A stretch of DNA of 64,000 nucleotides, taken from an uncultured bacterium (GTDB lineage: Bacteria; Desulfobacterota_D; UBA1144; Nemesobacterales; UBA2774). Below the pieces are notes generated by a model. The model was not told the origin of the DNA. It made no database searches and worked only from the letters and a program-made list of their open reading frames with translations. Shown here one piece after another: positions 62,595-64,000 of this stretch. Position numbers and translations under genes: made by a program. Every line of letters starts with the position of its first letter. Position 1 is the stretch's first letter. The stretch spans positions 96,001 through 160,000 of the forward strand of contig CAWGRW010000009.1 of NCBI GenBank assembly GCA_963825135.1. Reading direction: 5' to 3'.

Positions 62595-63704
62595 CTACCC
62601 CGCCTGGCCCAGGAACCTGAGCCATCTGTAATGGGAGATGAGCCCGGAGAAGAAGCCTTTGTAGGCATAATAGGTAACGCTGTATTCCCTGCACGTCTCC
62701 TCGACAATGCGGGAGAGCGCGGGATAGTTTACGTGGCATATCTTGGGGAACAGGTGGTGCTCCACCTGGTAGTTGAGCCCGCCCAGGTACCACGTCAGGA
62801 AATGGTTGTCCTTGCCGAAGTCCGTGGTGGTGCTCAGCTGATGCACCATCCAGCTCGTGTCCATCTGCTGCGTTTCCCCCGAGTGCATGGGGAACCCCGC
62901 GTCCTCGTTGCAGTGGGCCAGCTGGAACACGACCGACATTATGAGCCCCTGCAGGAACGCGACCAGCATGTAGAACACGATTACGTAGAGGACCGGATAG
63001 AAGAAGAGCGGTATCACGAAAGCCATGGTGAGGAAGAATATCTTCCCCGAGAAAAAAATTACCGCGTCCCACCCCGCGGGTCGGTCTATCTCGTGCCCGT
63101 TGATCTTGTTCGTAAAAAAGGTGTAGAAGTCGTCGAACAGGTGCCACTTGATCGCGAGGAACCCGTACAGGGGCCATATATACAAGTGCTGGTAGCGGTG
63201 AAAGAAATACCTTTTATGATGGGGGCTCAGGCGCGCGAAGATACCCGCCTCTATGTCGTCGTCGTGCCCCGCTATGTTGGGATAGGAATGGTGGAAGTAG
63301 TTGTGCTTCCTGTACCAGAAATACGAGCTCCCCCCGATGAGGTCGAGGAAGTGTCCCATCAGCTTGTTCACCCACGGGCGCTCGGAATATGCCCCGTGGA
63401 GCGCGTCGTGCATCACATTGAAGGAGAGCGCGTTTAACGCGACGCCCAGGGATACGGCGGCGAGTATCAGGCCCCAGACCGGGAGTCCCGCGAATACCAG
63501 GAGTGAATACGAAGCCGCCACCCACAGAACAGCGATAAGCGTCTTGAGATACATCCGGGCGTTGTCCTTCTTCGATACGGCGTTCTCCTCGAAGTAAACC
63601 GAAACCCGTTTCTTGAGCTCCTTCTCGAACTCCGTGTTCGGGGTAAAGCGTATCTTCGTGTTCGCGATGGAGTTATTGTCCGCTGAAGTGTTGAGCTGAG
63701 CCAT
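62595..63704 (-). CDS. acyl-CoA/fatty acid desaturase
   Basis: Histidine boxes HDALH, HNYFHH, QVEHH; FQLAH. Confidence 0.93.
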   Translation of the reverse strand: MAQLNTSADNNSIANTKIRFTPNTEFEKELKKRVSVYFEENAVSKKDNARMYLKTLIAVLWVAASYSLLVFAGLPVWGLILAAVSLGVALNALSFNVMHDALHGAYSERPWVNKLMGHFLDLIGGSSYFWYRKHNYFHHSYPNIAGHDDDIEAGIFARLSPHHKRYFFHRYQHLYIWPLYGFLAIKWHLFDDFYTFFTNKINGHEIDRPAGWDAVIFFSGKIFFLTMAFVIPLFFYPVLYVIVFYMLVAFLQGLIMSVVFQLAHCNEDAGFPMHSGETQQMDTSWMVHQLSTTTDFGKDNHFLTWYLGGLNYQVEHHLFPKICHVNYPALSRIVEETCREYSVTYYAYKGFFSGLISHYRWLRFLGQAG

Positions 63705-64000
63705 AGTATGATTAGACAGGCAGTGATCCGCGTTCGGCAGTATCGAATACGACTCCGCAACCGATAATAACTGAAGCCTCAAGTGTCCGAGCCGGCACTA
63801 CGTTAAATCCCGACATTCGGCGCATTCGGTAATTCAAATACGGCAATCAACCGGACCTGTCAAATTCCCCTTTTCTAACCCTGCAATTTTTCACTCTCGA
63901 GCCTGTATATCAACGATTAGATCCGGATGAGTGGTTGAAGGGCAAATTTATTAGGCGGATAGTATAACATTTTCACCGCCGAGTACAACGGGTGCACACA

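Noticed and set aside
62391..63437. Long antisense ORFs (also 5533-6810, 16563-17876, 34648-35673, 56676-57917)
   Set aside because: Shadow ORFs opposite or overlapping well-supported genes, expected at high GC

Overview
GC-rich bacterial chromosomal window (protein style suggests a deltaproteobacteria-like/Desulfobacterota-related lineage; inference only). (1) 1-16.4 kb: a minus-strand cluster that runs off the left edge. It combines MSMEG_0565-0572/sll0783-0787 (Nit1C-type) genes (GNAT, AIR-synthase-like, DsrE-like, radical SAM, GT4) with an FdrA/DUF1116/DUF2877/carbamate-kinase (allFGHK-like) module, plus an XRE-cupin regulator, OsmC, ferritin-like, methyltransferase and aminotransferase genes. 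A divergent FmdB-like gene and an amidohydrolase follow. (2) 16.5-39.6 kb: mixed genes, including a P1B-ATPase-hemerythrin fusion, an effector-less STAND-like NTPase, DUF4301, a sigma54-type-promoter multi-PAS hybrid kinase, an Hpt protein and several lipoproteins. (3) 39.7-56.2 kb: the most unusual feature. An intact tRNA-Asp(GTC) (next to tRNA-Val) is followed downstream by four degenerate, co-oriented copies of its 3' half. These split about 16 kb into four integrase-free gene modules carrying a DAC-domain protein; ArsR/DUF899/DUF3300/DUF2950; a possible biosynthetic set; and a pentameric ligand-gated ion channel plus a repeat protein. (4) 56.5-64 kb: tig-clpP-clpX-lon and a fatty acid desaturase. 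About ten single-base frameshifts, mostly +1 insertions, suggest sequencing or assembly error, so pseudogene calls are uncertain. Family assignments come from motif recognition, not database searches.
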